The position numbers were made by a program, and so were the translations under genes. Below are positions 10,630-21,305 of a stretch of DNA of 62,269 nt, in pieces. Each line of letters begins with the position of its first letter. Within the stretch, counting starts at the first letter, position 1. Origin of the DNA: Rhodothermales bacterium (GTDB lineage Bacteria > Bacteroidota > Rhodothermia > Rhodothermales > Bin80). The stretch spans positions 1 through 62,269 of the forward strand of contig JAAXGT010000075.1 of assembly GCA_012271205.1 (NCBI GenBank), written 5' to 3'. The notes under the pieces are model-generated. The model saw nothing but the letters and a program-made list of their open reading frames with translations, was not told the DNA's origin and ran no database searches.

Positions 10630-13224
10630 ATGGCCACCTATCCATTCAAGGCGATCGAAAGCAAGTGGCAGACCTACTGGGAATCGCACAAGACCTTCCA
10701 TATACCAGTGGAAGTCGACACTTCCAACCCAAAATTCTACGTGCTCGACATGTTTCCCTATCCCAGTGGATCGGGGCTGCACGTCGGCCATCCTGAAGGA
10801 TATACAGCCAGTGACATCGTAGCCCGCTACAAGCGCATGCGCGGTTTCAATGTGCTGCATCCTATCGGCTGGGACGCATTTGGATTGCCCGCCGAACAGT
10901 ACGCCCTGCGCACAGGCACGCATCCACGCATCACGACCGAGAAGAATATTTCGCGGTTTCGTGCGCAACTGAAATCCCTTGGGTTTTCATACGACTGGGA
11001 TCGCGAAGTGGACACGACCGATCCAGACTATTTCAGGTGGACACAGTGGATCTTCCTACGCCTGTTTGAACGTGGACTGGCCTACGAGGCTGAAGTGCCC
11101 GTCTGGTGGTGTGATGCATTGGGTACTACGCTGGCCAATGAGGAGGTTATCGACGGCAAGAGTGATATCGGAGGCCATCCCTGTGAGCGGCGAAAGCTGC
11201 GCCAGTGGGTTCTCAGGATTACCAGTTACGCGGAGCGTTTGCTGCAAGGGCTGGAGGAAACCGACTGGCCGGCGAGCACCAAGGAAATGCAACGCAATTG
11301 GATCGGGCGCAGCGAAGGCGCAGAAATCGATTTTCCGATCCAAGATCATGCGGACCAAGCCATTCGTGTTTATACGACGCGGCCGGATACGATATTCGGC
11401 GCCACGTATATGGTGCTCGCCCCAGAACACTCGCTGGTTGGAGTGATTACAACACCGGAGGCGCTGGACGGCGTAACAGCGTATCAATCACAGGCGGCGC
11501 GCAAGAGTGATCTCGAGCGCTCGGAACTGCAGAATGAAAAGACCGGTGTTTTCACGGGGGCCTATGCCCAAAATCCCGCAACCGGGAGCCTAATTCCGAT
11601 TTGGGTCGCGGACTACGTATTGGCCACGTACGGAACAGGTGCCATCATGGCGGTACCTGGGCAGGATGAGCGGGACTGGGAATTTGCAGAACAATTCGGC
11701 CTTCCCATACGACGCACGGTACAGCCGCCGGAAGATTTTACGGGGAATGCCTTCACTGGCGACGGACCGGCCATCAACAGCGAGTTTCTGAACGGATTCC
11801 ATGTGGCAGAGGCCAAGTCTTGCATTATCGACTGGCTGGAATCCGAAGGCAAGGGGACACGAAAGATAAACTACAAGCTGCGCGATTGGCTGTTTTCACG
11901 CCAGCGCTACTGGGGGGAGCCCATTCCAATCGTGTTCGAGGATGGAGGCGCGCATGCGCTGCCCGATGATGCCTTGCCCATCACACTGCCGGAATTGGAA
12001 GAATTCAGGCCAAGTGGATCTCCTGAAGGTCCGCTGGCACTGGCAACCGATTGGCTCCACACAATCAACCCGGCCACCGGCCGCCCTGCCAGGCGCGAAA
12101 CCAACACCATGCCTCAGTGGGCCGGCTCTTGCTGGTATTTCCTGCGCTATATCGATCCGCACAATACGGATGTACTAGTCGATCCCGGCCTCGAAAAGTA
12201 CTGGATGCCCGTGGACCTCTACATAGGTGGTGCAGAGCATGCCGTGCTCCATTTGCTGTATGCCCGGTTTTGGCACATGGTGCTCTATGATGCAGGCATT
12301 GTATCCACGTCCGAACCCTTTGCCAAGCTCGTACATCAGGGCATGATCTTGGGCGAGTTGGAATACACGGCTTGGCGCAATGTAAACACTGGAGCGTGGG
12401 TGTGTGCCAGTAAAGTTATGGATGGCCGTGAGCGGGATTCCGGTGATGAGGTTGAGAGTGTGCGTATCGTGGAGGAAGTCGCCGAAAAGGTCAGTGACCA
12501 TTTTGTGTTAAAAGAAGCGCCGGATATTCGGCTGGACGTGCGTGCTTTCAAAATGAGCAAGAGCCGCGGCAATGTCGTCAATCCGGACGAAATAATCGAA
12601 CAGTATGGGGCGGACGCGTTTCGCCTCTACGAATTGTTTATGGGCCCGCTTGAACAGGTCAAGCCATGGAGTACGCGCGGAGTCCAAGGTACTTTCCGCT
12701 TCCTGCGTCGCGTCTGGATGCTCTTAACAGAACGGAAGATTGACGATACTTCACCCTCTGTCGAACAACTGCGCGTGCTGCACAAGACAATAGCACGAGT
12801 GTCTGAGGATATCGAAAGCCTTAGGATGAATACGGCTATCGCAGCGCTGATGGAGTTTGTCAATGCAGCATACAAGTGGTCTAGTGTGCCGCGTGCCATT
12901 GCTAAACCGTTTGTTTTGCTGCTTGCGCCTTTTGCACCGCACATAAGTGAGGAGTTGTGGGAGCAGCTGGGGCATTCGCAGTCTCTGGCCTACGTGCCAT
13001 GGCCGGAATCGCAGGCGCAATACTTGGTGGATGAGTTTGTTAAAGTTCCTGTACAGGTCAATGGGAAAGTGCGGGCAACGATTCAAGTCGCCCCCGATGC
13101 CGACAAGAACCAAGTGCTGGAATTAGCCAAGAGCAACAAGAATGTGCAGCGCTTTTTGAATAATAAGCCACCCCGTCGCGAGATCTATGTCCCCGGCCGG
13201 ATAGTCAATCTGGTAGCCGCATAA
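10630..13224 (+). CDS. leuS: Leucine--tRNA ligase
   Basis: MFPYPSG.GLHVGH (HIGH), editing domain, KMSKS and [19 protein letters not shown] at 10630. Confidence 0.98.
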   Translation: MATYPFKAIESKWQTYWESHKTFHIPVEVDTSNPKFYVLDMFPYPSGSGLHVGHPEGYTASDIVARYKRMRGFNVLHPIGWDAFGLPAEQYALRTGTHPRITTEKNISRFRAQLKSLGFSYDWDREVDTTDPDYFRWTQWIFLRLFERGLAYEAEVPVWWCDALGTTLANEEVIDGKSDIGGHPCERRKLRQWVLRITSYAERLLQGLEETDWPASTKEMQRNWIGRSEGAEIDFPIQDHADQAIRVYTTRPDTIFGATYMVLAPEHSLVGVITTPEALDGVTAYQSQAARKSDLERSELQNEKTGVFTGAYAQNPATGSLIPIWVADYVLATYGTGAIMAVPGQDERDWEFAEQFGLPIRRTVQPPEDFTGNAFTGDGPAINSEFLNGFHVAEAKSCIIDWLESEGKGTRKINYKLRDWLFSRQRYWGEPIPIVFEDGGAHALPDDALPITLPELEEFRPSGSPEGPLALATDWLHTINPATGRPARRETNTMPQWAGSCWYFLRYIDPHNTDVLVDPGLEKYWMPVDLYIGGAEHAVLHLLYARFWHMVLYDAGIVSTSEPFAKLVHQGMILGELEYTAWRNVNTGAWVCASKVMDGRERDSGDEVESVRIVEEVAEKVSDHFVLKEAPDIRLDVRAFKMSKSRGNVVNPDEIIEQYGADAFRLYELFMGPLEQVKPWSTRGVQGTFRFLRRVWMLLTERKIDDTSPSVEQLRVLHKTIARVSEDIESLRMNTAIAALMEFVNAAYKWSSVPRAIAKPFVLLLAPFAPHISEELWEQLGHSQSLAYVPWPESQAQYLVDEFVKVPVQVNGKVRATIQVAPDADKNQVLELAKSNKNVQRFLNNKPPRREIYVPGRIVNLVAA

Positions 13225-13979
13225 TGAATACGCCACCACTTGATGTACTGGCTATAGGAGCGCACCCGGACGATGTAGAGTTGGCGGCGGGAGGAACGAT
13301 GCGGCTGTGTGCAATCTCTGGATATCGCACGGGTATTATTGATCTGACGCGCGGAGAACTCGGCTCGAGGGGCACTCCGAAGCTACGGGCTCAGGAGGCA
13401 CAGGCTGCGGCGGAGATTCTGGGTCTTTGTATACGTGAAAATCTCGGACTTCCGGACGGTAATATTTCCAGAGACGCGAGCTTGCATGTGGTCCGCGCGT
13501 TACGCAGGTGGCGTCCACGCGTCGTGCTGACGCACCCCACACAGTGCCGCCACCCCGACCACGTACATACGGCAACACTGGTAGTGGAGGCGTGCTACTA
13601 TAGTGGGCTTCGAAAGCTGGTGACACGTAATGCCAGTGGTGAGGATCAAGCCCCCTGGCGGCCGCAGCATGTATTGCACTTTGCCGAAGTGCTTCCGTTT
13701 GAGCCCACCTTTGTTGTCGATGTTTCGGATACATGGTCGGATCGAACGCGTGCATTAAGCTGTTATGCTTCTCAGGTGCACGACCCCGACTATGTGGCGC
13801 ATGAAGAGGAGCCGGAAACCTATATTTCCAATCCCGATTTCTTTCAATGGATTGAAGCCCGGGCCCGCACGTACGGGCATGCCATTGGTGCAAAATTTGG
13901 TGAGCCGTTTATTTACCGGGGAGCTTTCGGAACAAAAGACTTGATGGCGCTTCTCGCCCATGAGACGGCATTTAAGTGA
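13224..13979 (+). CDS. bshB1: Bacillithiol biosynthesis deacetylase BshB1 (PIG-L family)
   Basis: AHPDDVEL, DLTRGELGSRGT, RHPDH and CYYSGLRK; start overlaps the leuS stop (TAATG). Confidence 0.85.
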   Translation: MNTPPLDVLAIGAHPDDVELAAGGTMRLCAISGYRTGIIDLTRGELGSRGTPKLRAQEAQAAAEILGLCIRENLGLPDGNISRDASLHVVRALRRWRPRVVLTHPTQCRHPDHVHTATLVVEACYYSGLRKLVTRNASGEDQAPWRPQHVLHFAEVLPFEPTFVVDVSDTWSDRTRALSCYASQVHDPDYVAHEEEPETYISNPDFFQWIEARARTYGHAIGAKFGEPFIYRGAFGTKDLMALLAHETAFK

Positions 13980-14343
13980 AAGCCGAATCCAAGCGGGCCC
14001 GAGTTCAACATTGGCCAGACAGGATTCGGCGGCTGGTCCGCCTCTTGGAATGGCGGATCATGCCCGTGGCCCCGATTCGCCTTGTTGTACCGCAGTGCGT
14101 GGACGTTCAGGATATCTCGTCCAGCACGGCCCGGTTTTGCAGGCCCCGGCAAAGCTGCAGCGCGCCGCAAATGCTGGTAAAGCTGTGCGGCTAGTTATTG
14201 CTGTGCTCACCTGAGAGGTTCAGTGGGGTATTTGCTACCCTGTGGCACCATCCAAAACGTTCAGCCTAAGCATCGCAAACAGCCCCGGACTCCTTGTGGC
14301 AAACTGTTTTGGTCCTGTCTGGAAGGACGCAGGTATCAATTCT

Positions 14344-15327
14344 CTACTCCGAGCCGGAATCGACGGCTTCGCTTTCCATACGGAGCTTGTCGAACCGCCT
14401 TTGTTGATCAGTTCCCGGGGGTATGTCATAGGGGTGGGCCGGCAGCGTTACACGCTTGAGCACAGGATAGCGCCGGCCGAGTTGAAATGGCTCCGGTTTC
14501 CCGCGTGGTTCCTTGCCGATAACCAGTACAGTTGTACCCTGCTTGAGTATACGTGCCCCGACAGACGCAATACCGTCTGAACTGCTGGTGGTCGTCCAGG
14601 TGTCCCCCCAATTATACACCCACTCTGCATCTGCGTCCACCAAGCGTACGCAGCCGTGACTCATGGGTCCGCCAGTAGGCATTTCGTACTGGTGCACGTG
14701 CATGCCGTTTTCATGAAAATTCATGACCCAGTACATCTCCCACGGTTCGTCCTCCGGGCTCTCTGATGAAATACGGAATTCCTCGCGCCAGTTAAAATTG
14801 TAGCGTCCATTTGGCGTGGGAGACTCATCCGGATTACCGGTATTGATGATACCCCAGCGCATCAGGCGACCGTATTCGTAGGCCGCGAAGGCCTGGATGG
14901 TCTTGTCCATAATGAACAGTTTGTCGAATTCGCGTCCACCGGTATAGTATCGCGGGAATGGCGAAAACGCCCTGAAATCCAGCTCGAACTGTGTCGGGAC
15001 AATGATCGTGTCGCCGACAACAAAGGTCTGCATCAGGCGGCGATTGAGCATTTGGACAAGTTCGGATCGCGCACGCCCCCTGTAGGTATCCCCGTCGCCG
15101 ATGTCCCTGTAAAATGCATTGCGGGCCAGTGCTCCGTTACCCCGGTCATTTTCGAGGACGTAGTATTCGTAGAATACCTCGGGAATATCTTCGAGGCTCT
15201 CAAAGCGCAGATTCAACAGGTCTGCGACGGCTTCCTGGTCAATGTAGCCGCCCGACTGGGCGGCCGCTGAATGGTAGAATGAAAGACCAAGTACTAAAGA
15301 AGCACCAAGTACCAGAAGATGTTTCAT
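14344..15327 (-). CDS. L,D-transpeptidase (YkuD family) with signal peptide
   Basis: INTG...PTPNG, HVHQY and PMSHGCVRL catalytic motif. Confidence 0.88.
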   Translation of the reverse strand: MKHLLVLGASLVLGLSFYHSAAAQSGGYIDQEAVADLLNLRFESLEDIPEVFYEYYVLENDRGNGALARNAFYRDIGDGDTYRGRARSELVQMLNRRLMQTFVVGDTIIVPTQFELDFRAFSPFPRYYTGGREFDKLFIMDKTIQAFAAYEYGRLMRWGIINTGNPDESPTPNGRYNFNWREEFRISSESPEDEPWEMYWVMNFHENGMHVHQYEMPTGGPMSHGCVRLVDADAEWVYNWGDTWTTTSSSDGIASVGARILKQGTTVLVIGKEPRGKPEPFQLGRRYPVLKRVTLPAHPYDIPPGTDQQRRFDKLRMESEAVDSGSE

Positions 15328-15344
15328 GGCCTGTATAGTGCGGG

Positions 15345-16409
15345 TTAGGCGCTGATTCTAACATCTGGAGTGCCATGAGGGCTGCATCCCAAGTTTACTA
15401 GGCGATGAATCATTTGGTTGCTTCCGATCACGATCAGGATATCGCCCGCCGCAATACGGTCATGTGGCCCGGGATTGAAGTGCATTTCCGAATGTGGACT
15501 CTTGATGATGCAGGTTACGATTGCCTCAAAATGCTGTCTGAACCGGGCTTCGTTCAAGGTTTTGCCCGCGAGGAATGACCCGGCTTCAACACTCACCTGC
15601 TCTATGACCAGTCCAAAATCATCTACTCCCAGCACACGTGATATAAAACGGTCCACGTGGGGACGTAAGATGACCTGCGCTATCCGGGTGGCACCTACGT
15701 GCGCGGGTGCTACAACTTGCGAGGCTCCAGCCTGTAAGATTCGGCGGCGGCTGGCTGGGTCATTGGCCCGGGCAAGGATGTAGAGGTGGGGATTCAGCTC
15801 ACGGGCGACGAGCGTAACGTACACGTTGAGACTGTCTTCGGGCAGCAAAGTTATTAGTCCACGGGCGCGCATTATGCCAGCCGATCGGAGCACGGAATCA
15901 TGTGTAGCATCGCCGTGGACGACAGTTAAGTCCGTATTTCGAGCCTGATGTACACGTTCGTCGTCTAATTCCAGCACAACCAAAGGTTTGTTGGCATCGT
16001 GAAGTGCTGCGGTCACATCCGCACCAACACGTCCATAACCACAGATGATGTAGTGATCCTGCATGCGTCTGATTTTCCAGGCTCGTTGCCGTTCGCGAAT
16101 TATGGATCCGGCGATCAGTACAGTAGCCCACCGGGCCAGTACGAAAGCTACGCAGCCAATTCCAACTATCGCAAAAACGATTGTGAACAATCGACCTGTT
16201 GTCGAGAGGTCATGGACTTCATTAAATCCAATGGTTGTAAGCGTGATGAATGTCATATAAAATGCATCTATCAAGCTCCATTCCTGCTCCAGTACGGAGT
16301 AACCCAGCGTGCCCAAGGCCAGCCAGCAGGTTAGAAATAGCGTGCCAAAAATGATTTCGCGCTGCTCTGGCGTCTTGTTTCGGAACCAGTAGTGAGGCGA
16401 GGCAGGCAT
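15345..16409 (-). CDS. Potassium channel family protein (two TM/pore plus RCK TrkA_N/TrkA_C)
   Basis: DAFYMTFITLTTIGFNEV pore helix and filter, ICGYGRVG RCK motif and TrkA_C domain. Confidence 0.9.
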   Translation of the reverse strand: MPASPHYWFRNKTPEQREIIFGTLFLTCWLALGTLGYSVLEQEWSLIDAFYMTFITLTTIGFNEVHDLSTTGRLFTIVFAIVGIGCVAFVLARWATVLIAGSIIRERQRAWKIRRMQDHYIICGYGRVGADVTAALHDANKPLVVLELDDERVHQARNTDLTVVHGDATHDSVLRSAGIMRARGLITLLPEDSLNVYVTLVARELNPHLYILARANDPASRRRILQAGASQVVAPAHVGATRIAQVILRPHVDRFISRVLGVDDFGLVIEQVSVEAGSFLAGKTLNEARFRQHFEAIVTCIIKSPHSEMHFNPGPHDRIAAGDILIVIGSNQMIHRLVNLGCSPHGTPDVRISA

Positions 16410-16430
16410 TGCAGTGTGTGGCGGATCGAT

Positions 16431-16964
16431 TCACCCCGCCGGCTGCGCCACTCGGAACAAGCGCGCGTAGCAAGACTTGGCCAGCGGCCTTTCAAATTGC
16501 CCGGCCAGCAATTCCCGAAGCATAGTCAAACCCAGATTAAAGACAAGGGTGTCGCCGGTCACCATTTGCTCTTGGATCAGTTGCCGGAATGCGGCCCGGG
16601 GCACTTGGTGAATTGCACCATCATTAGCGCGATAAAGGACACGCATAGGCGAGATCAACTGGCACTGTGCGCTTTCAACAGCTTGTTGGACCGTATTGGT
16701 CAAAGCGTCCATGCTACATCCGCTCAACGCACCACCAGGAATGTGACCGCTCACGATCAAGAATCGGTTTTCCAGAAGCGCGCAAGTTGCGGTTACGGTA
16801 CGACCATGGGATAGCCACCCAATGATATATTTTCGAACGTGCTTCAAAACGGAACGCATATCCGTCGGGCGACCCTCGAGTGCAAATATCCACATGCGTG
16901 CATAATCCGGCATTCCGGGAAACAGCAGCTCCGGATCAAGTTGGATTTGAGTGTTGGCAGTCAT
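16431..16964 (-). CDS. Conserved hypothetical protein (Bacteroidota-type, W.SHG and SGCSxD motifs)
   Basis: 177-aa ORF co-oriented between xseB and the channel gene; ARMWIF, WLSHG and SGCSMD recall a conserved family of unknown function. Confidence 0.7.
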   Translation of the reverse strand: MTANTQIQLDPELLFPGMPDYARMWIFALEGRPTDMRSVLKHVRKYIIGWLSHGRTVTATCALLENRFLIVSGHIPGGALSGCSMDALTNTVQQAVESAQCQLISPMRVLYRANDGAIHQVPRAAFRQLIQEQMVTGDTLVFNLGLTMLRELLAGQFERPLAKSCYARLFRVAQPAG

Positions 16965-16977
16965 GGTGTATTGGAGG

Positions 16978-17241
16978 CTAGGGCCAACTCGTAGCCGAAC
17001 CAGACGGGCGGGGCCCTTTGGCGTTCATGACCTCGGACTCCAAGGATTCCTTTAGATCGGTGACACGCTGCTCCGCGGACTCAAGGCGCGAAAGACACTC
17101 CTTGGCCAACTTCAGCCCCTCTTCGTAGCGGGCGAGTGCAACCTCGAGGCTTCCTGAATCCTTCGACAGGCCATCTGCAATTGATGCCAGCTGCTGCAGC
17201 AGTGACTCAAATGTGGCTTCTGCAACCGGTTTCTCTTTCAT
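16978..17241 (-). CDS. xseB: Exodeoxyribonuclease VII small subunit
   Basis: TFESLLQQL..I...L, SLEVALARYEEG..L...C...LESAEQRV. Confidence 0.9.
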   Translation of the reverse strand: MKEKPVAEATFESLLQQLASIADGLSKDSGSLEVALARYEEGLKLAKECLSRLESAEQRVTDLKESLESEVMNAKGPRPSGSATSWP

Positions 17242-17331
17242 GAGCGAATAATCTGAAAAATCCTCCTTTTGACAGTTTGCAGACCGCTAGTGCCGGCTTA
17301 TATTCGGTTAAACGCTCAATTTAGCATAAAG

Positions 17332-18108
17332 ATGGATCTGGGGCTGCAGGGCAAGGTAGCAATAGTAACGGGGGCCAGTCGTGGTCTCGGCAGGGCCATC
17401 GCATTAAGACTGGCTCAGGAAGGCTGCCATTTGGCCATTTGCGCCCGCGGTGCTGAAGCATTGGGAAAGGCCCAGTTCGAGTTCGAAACCTGCGGCGTAA
17501 AGGTATTGGCCCTACCGCTCGACCTGTGCGCGCCGGGTGCACCAGAGCAGCTGATCGAGCGGGCTTGTGCGCAATTTGGACGCATGGACTTGTTGGTGAA
17601 CAATGCCGGAGGCAACCGCCGTGGTCATTTTACGGAGGTGACAGATGAGGACTGGGAGACCGTTTTGGAGCTTAACCTAAAGGTGCACCTGCGTGCGAGT
17701 CGCGCTGCCATTGCGCATATGCGTACGGCAGGTGGCGGTGCGATTCTATTCATCACTTCGATCTTTGGCAGAGAGGCGGGTGGTCCGGGCCTTTCGGTGT
17801 ACAATGCGACCAAATCAGCCCTTATCAGTGCCGCGAAGATAATAGCCTTGGAGGTGGCACCGTACGGCATTCGCGTTAATTCGATGGCGCCAGGTTCGAT
17901 TCGATTCCCGGGCGGGTCCTGGGATCGGCGAGTGAGGAGCGATCCGGAAGGTATGAAAGCCTTTGTTGCACAGAATTTGCCCATTGGCCGCTTTGGCACA
18001 GCGGAGGAAATCGCCGACGTGGCCGCCTTTCTGCTTTCGGAACGTGCGAGCCTTGTGACAGGCGCTTGCCTGAATGTGGACGGTGGTCAGTCGCGATCCC
18101 TGATCTGA
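17332..18108 (+). CDS. SDR family oxidoreductase (FabG-like)
   Basis: TGASRGLG, NNAG and YNATK catalytic motif; ATG at 17332. Confidence 0.93.
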   Translation: MDLGLQGKVAIVTGASRGLGRAIALRLAQEGCHLAICARGAEALGKAQFEFETCGVKVLALPLDLCAPGAPEQLIERACAQFGRMDLLVNNAGGNRRGHFTEVTDEDWETVLELNLKVHLRASRAAIAHMRTAGGGAILFITSIFGREAGGPGLSVYNATKSALISAAKIIALEVAPYGIRVNSMAPGSIRFPGGSWDRRVRSDPEGMKAFVAQNLPIGRFGTAEEIADVAAFLLSERASLVTGACLNVDGGQSRSLI

Positions 18109-18114
18109 CCGGAT

Positions 18115-19245
18115 TCAAGAGAAGCGGATCAGGCGAAAGATTAGACGACGCACCCTTGGATTCGGGCGACGCCACTGGATTAGTATGGGGCTCTGATAGG
18201 TGCCAAGCACGACCGATCCGGACTTCTCTCCGTCATTCGCATTCACAAGCAGATTTATACTACGCCCCAGATTCATCCAGCGGGCTTCAGATGGGGCGGC
18301 CAGCCGGTCAATGATGTGCTCCAGAATTGGCAGATGCCAATCGAGTCGCTCCACCATGCGCTCAAGCGCCGAAACATTGCGGCTTGCTGTGCTCAGGACC
18401 TCCCGAACAACTTGCTTTAGTTCGTAAGTCAAGAAGCGACGCGCTTTTCCTGGAAGTGAGAACGGATCGCGAACGAGCTGGGGAGCTTTGCGAACCATGT
18501 ACTTAAGTGGATCGAGCAGGACCCCCGTGATATCCTTCTCCACCAGCAGCGTTTCAAATTCATTGACGGTCAAGCCCGCATGTTGTTCGTCATCGTCCAG
18601 CTCCAGTGTGACCAAGCCCCTTTGTATTGCATGCTTTGCAATAAGTGCGGGGACTTGCTCAGCCAAACCGATGCATGTGGTGCCAAGGTTTACAGCGGCC
18701 ACATGGTTGTTGGGAGCTAGAAATTCGATGGTCTTCTTGTGGACGCATTCTGCCCGGTTATAACCAATGACCAAAGATGTGCGTTTTCGGGTTACGCCTT
18801 CGTGGATCCCGTCCAGATCAATCAAATAAACAGGCGTGGTCGGCTTGCTGCGGTAGGTGACACAGTTGGCTAGTCCCAGGCTGATAAAGGCCAGATGTGC
18901 ATCTGCATTCAATGGCTCGTGCTTACGCTGCTCTTCGGACAGTTCGGTACGCAACTCCATGCGGTCATGCCAATACGGGGCCCCCTTGGGGAAAAGGCGC
19001 TGTGCCGACCGCACGAACGACTCCACCGAGTCTCGCTGATGCCCTAATTTAGCGGCCAGAGACTGTTGCAGAAAACCCGCAGTGGTGTGGAGTGAGCAAT
19101 ACAGCAAGTCCTCAAAGTCTTCAAACTGACCGTTGCAGGCAAGGGTGGCCTCGCGCGCGACATCTATGATGTCTAGGCGTAGCTTGGATGAAAACGCAAT
19201 AGAGGCTGCAGTAGTAGAGGAGTGACTCATTGATGAGTCGCGCAA
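18115..19245 (-). CDS. Hypothetical protein with two tandem YjbQ/UPF0047-like domains
   Basis: Domain 1 has HTTAG, P..PYWHD, EPLNADAHL and IDLDG..RKR; domain 2 has HAGLTVNE, LGRSINL and VLGTYQ. Confidence 0.7.
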   Translation of the reverse strand: MRDSSMSHSSTTAASIAFSSKLRLDIIDVAREATLACNGQFEDFEDLLYCSLHTTAGFLQQSLAAKLGHQRDSVESFVRSAQRLFPKGAPYWHDRMELRTELSEEQRKHEPLNADAHLAFISLGLANCVTYRSKPTTPVYLIDLDGIHEGVTRKRTSLVIGYNRAECVHKKTIEFLAPNNHVAAVNLGTTCIGLAEQVPALIAKHAIQRGLVTLELDDDEQHAGLTVNEFETLLVEKDITGVLLDPLKYMVRKAPQLVRDPFSLPGKARRFLTYELKQVVREVLSTASRNVSALERMVERLDWHLPILEHIIDRLAAPSEARWMNLGRSINLLVNANDGEKSGSVVLGTYQSPILIQWRRPNPRVRRLIFRLIRFS

Positions 19246-19290
19246 CGTCTGATGCGCGAATTTACGAATTATAGTGTAGAGAGCTACTCG

Positions 19291-20496
19291 TCAGGATTCA
19301 ATCGTCGCTTCCCGCTTGCAATCGATAAAGTGGAGTGAAACACGGTCCCCCGGAGAGAGCCAGACTCCGTTAAGTACGGGCATTCCGTCGCGTTCAACGC
19401 GCACGAGACCCTGTCGGAGTCCACGCTGTGGGTCCAGTGCCTCCATTCGTTGGATGAAACTTTCCACGGCATGTCGGCGATGATGTGTCTGTTCGCGCAT
19501 AGCAGCATGCAGCGTTTCGACGAGGTCGCCCAATTCCTGGCTTGATTCTCGAACGCGTTGAACGGGAGTATTGAACTCATACGATCCTGCAATCTGGCGC
19601 ACTTGCTGGCGCAAGGTTGCAATCCTGTGCTTTAATTGAGTGTGCAGTTGCTGGCACCAATGGAGTGTCGTACGGTGCAATTCCCTATGGTCTGGTACGG
19701 AAATTTGCGCTGCATGTGACGGAGTGCTCGCTCGCACATCCGCCACAAGGTCGCTTATGGTTATATCCGTTTCGTGTCCGACACCACTAATAATCGGGAT
19801 TTCGGATTGAAAAATAGCCTCGGCTACCTCCAGTTCATTAAAGGCCCAGAGATCTTCCAGCGAGCCGCCGCCGCGACCAATGATAATCACATCAGGGCGG
19901 AGCTCACCTTGATATTCATTGAGTTGCCGAACGGCTTCAGCGATTTCGGGGGCAGCGGCCATGCCCTGCACGCGTACGGAATATATTCCGATACCCGACA
20001 GCGGAAAGCGTTCGCCCAGTATTTGAAGCATATCCTGGTATGCGGCGCCTTGGCTGGAAGTGACAATGCCGATCAGGCGCGGAAATTTAGGCAACGGCTG
20101 CTTGTGTGAGAGACTGAACCAACCCTTGGCCTCAAGCTCCGCCTTTAGGGTTTCGAAGGCGGCTTGCAAGTCTCCGTCCCCGGGAAGCAATTCCATTCTG
20201 CGGACGTCAACCTGGAGGCGTCCGCGTTTGGAATACACGTTCGGGCCGCCGAACAGTTTGACGCGGAGGCCCGGCTCTGGACGAAAGTCAACCCCGTGGT
20301 TGTAAGTGCGCCACATGACGCAGTTTAACAGTGCAGATTCGTCCTTAATCGAAAAGTACCAGTGACCACTACGTGCCGAATGCTGTGATAACTCACCCAC
20401 AATCCAACACCGGCCGAATCCTTCAATGTGGCGCTTCAGCAGGTCTACGTATTCACTTACCGGAATAATCCTGCCTTCACCATATTTTTCCATCAT
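19291..20496 (-). CDS. xseA: Exodeoxyribonuclease VII large subunit
   Basis: SGHWYFSIKD, IGIVTS..GAAYQD, RGGGSLEDLWAFN, SGVGHETD and RASTPS; start placed at ATG 20496. Confidence 0.96.
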   Translation of the reverse strand: MMEKYGEGRIIPVSEYVDLLKRHIEGFGRCWIVGELSQHSARSGHWYFSIKDESALLNCVMWRTYNHGVDFRPEPGLRVKLFGGPNVYSKRGRLQVDVRRMELLPGDGDLQAAFETLKAELEAKGWFSLSHKQPLPKFPRLIGIVTSSQGAAYQDMLQILGERFPLSGIGIYSVRVQGMAAAPEIAEAVRQLNEYQGELRPDVIIIGRGGGSLEDLWAFNELEVAEAIFQSEIPIISGVGHETDITISDLVADVRASTPSHAAQISVPDHRELHRTTLHWCQQLHTQLKHRIATLRQQVRQIAGSYEFNTPVQRVRESSQELGDLVETLHAAMREQTHHRRHAVESFIQRMEALDPQRGLRQGLVRVERDGMPVLNGVWLSPGDRVSLHFIDCKREATIES

Positions 20497-21305
20497 TCTT
20501 CGGGTAGCACAAGTAAACGCTGGCGCTATCCGAAAGATCAGGCGTAGATCCTGATCCCCAGCGACTGATTGCGCAATGTCGTTCAGAATCGCACGCGTGC
20601 GGTTCACCGATTAGCTTAGCACACAAGGTTTGAGACCAACAAACATGGTGAGCATAGTTGTCCATCTCTGCGGAGTGAGCCATGGCATCAGCCGGCGAAC
20701 CTTGCATTATACACCCACTATTCGTGTCGTGTGACAAACGTCGAAGAGGCCTGTTGCTCCCCGAAAACACCACTCAAAAGCTATAAGCGATTGGGTTACC
20801 GTTCGGCACACGGCATGTCTGACGCCTCACGCCTCACGCCGAAGCCTAGGACTCAGCAGAGAGTACTCCAGGGTCATTCCGTGGCTTTCTCAGAGTCTGG
20901 CCGCGGCACCAGCTTGAAACGGATGCGACAACCCGAACTGGTTGTCGAGTCTCACAGCTATAGGTGGGGCAATGTGGGCAAACACACACGCATGGAGCGG
21001 GAAACGGAAAGCGCACGCTCTCTAAAGCGTGGTAAGACTCATCCTGACGGAAATTTGCCTTTCTGAATGGTAATCTGGCGAATCAGATCTCGATCGAGTG
21101 GTTTCCGCCCGCCAATTTGCGATTTGAGTAGTCAAGTCTTAATCTGCAGTACAATGGAGACTTGACTTAACAGAAAGCGCAAATCGACAAAGTGGCACTG
21201 GTAGCGATCGGACGGAATTCTCTTTCTGCACCGAGAGACAAGACAGTCCAAAGGTTGTCCTCCGGCTCTGCGGGGATGCCTCGTTCGAAATCCGCAGATC
21301 AAGAA

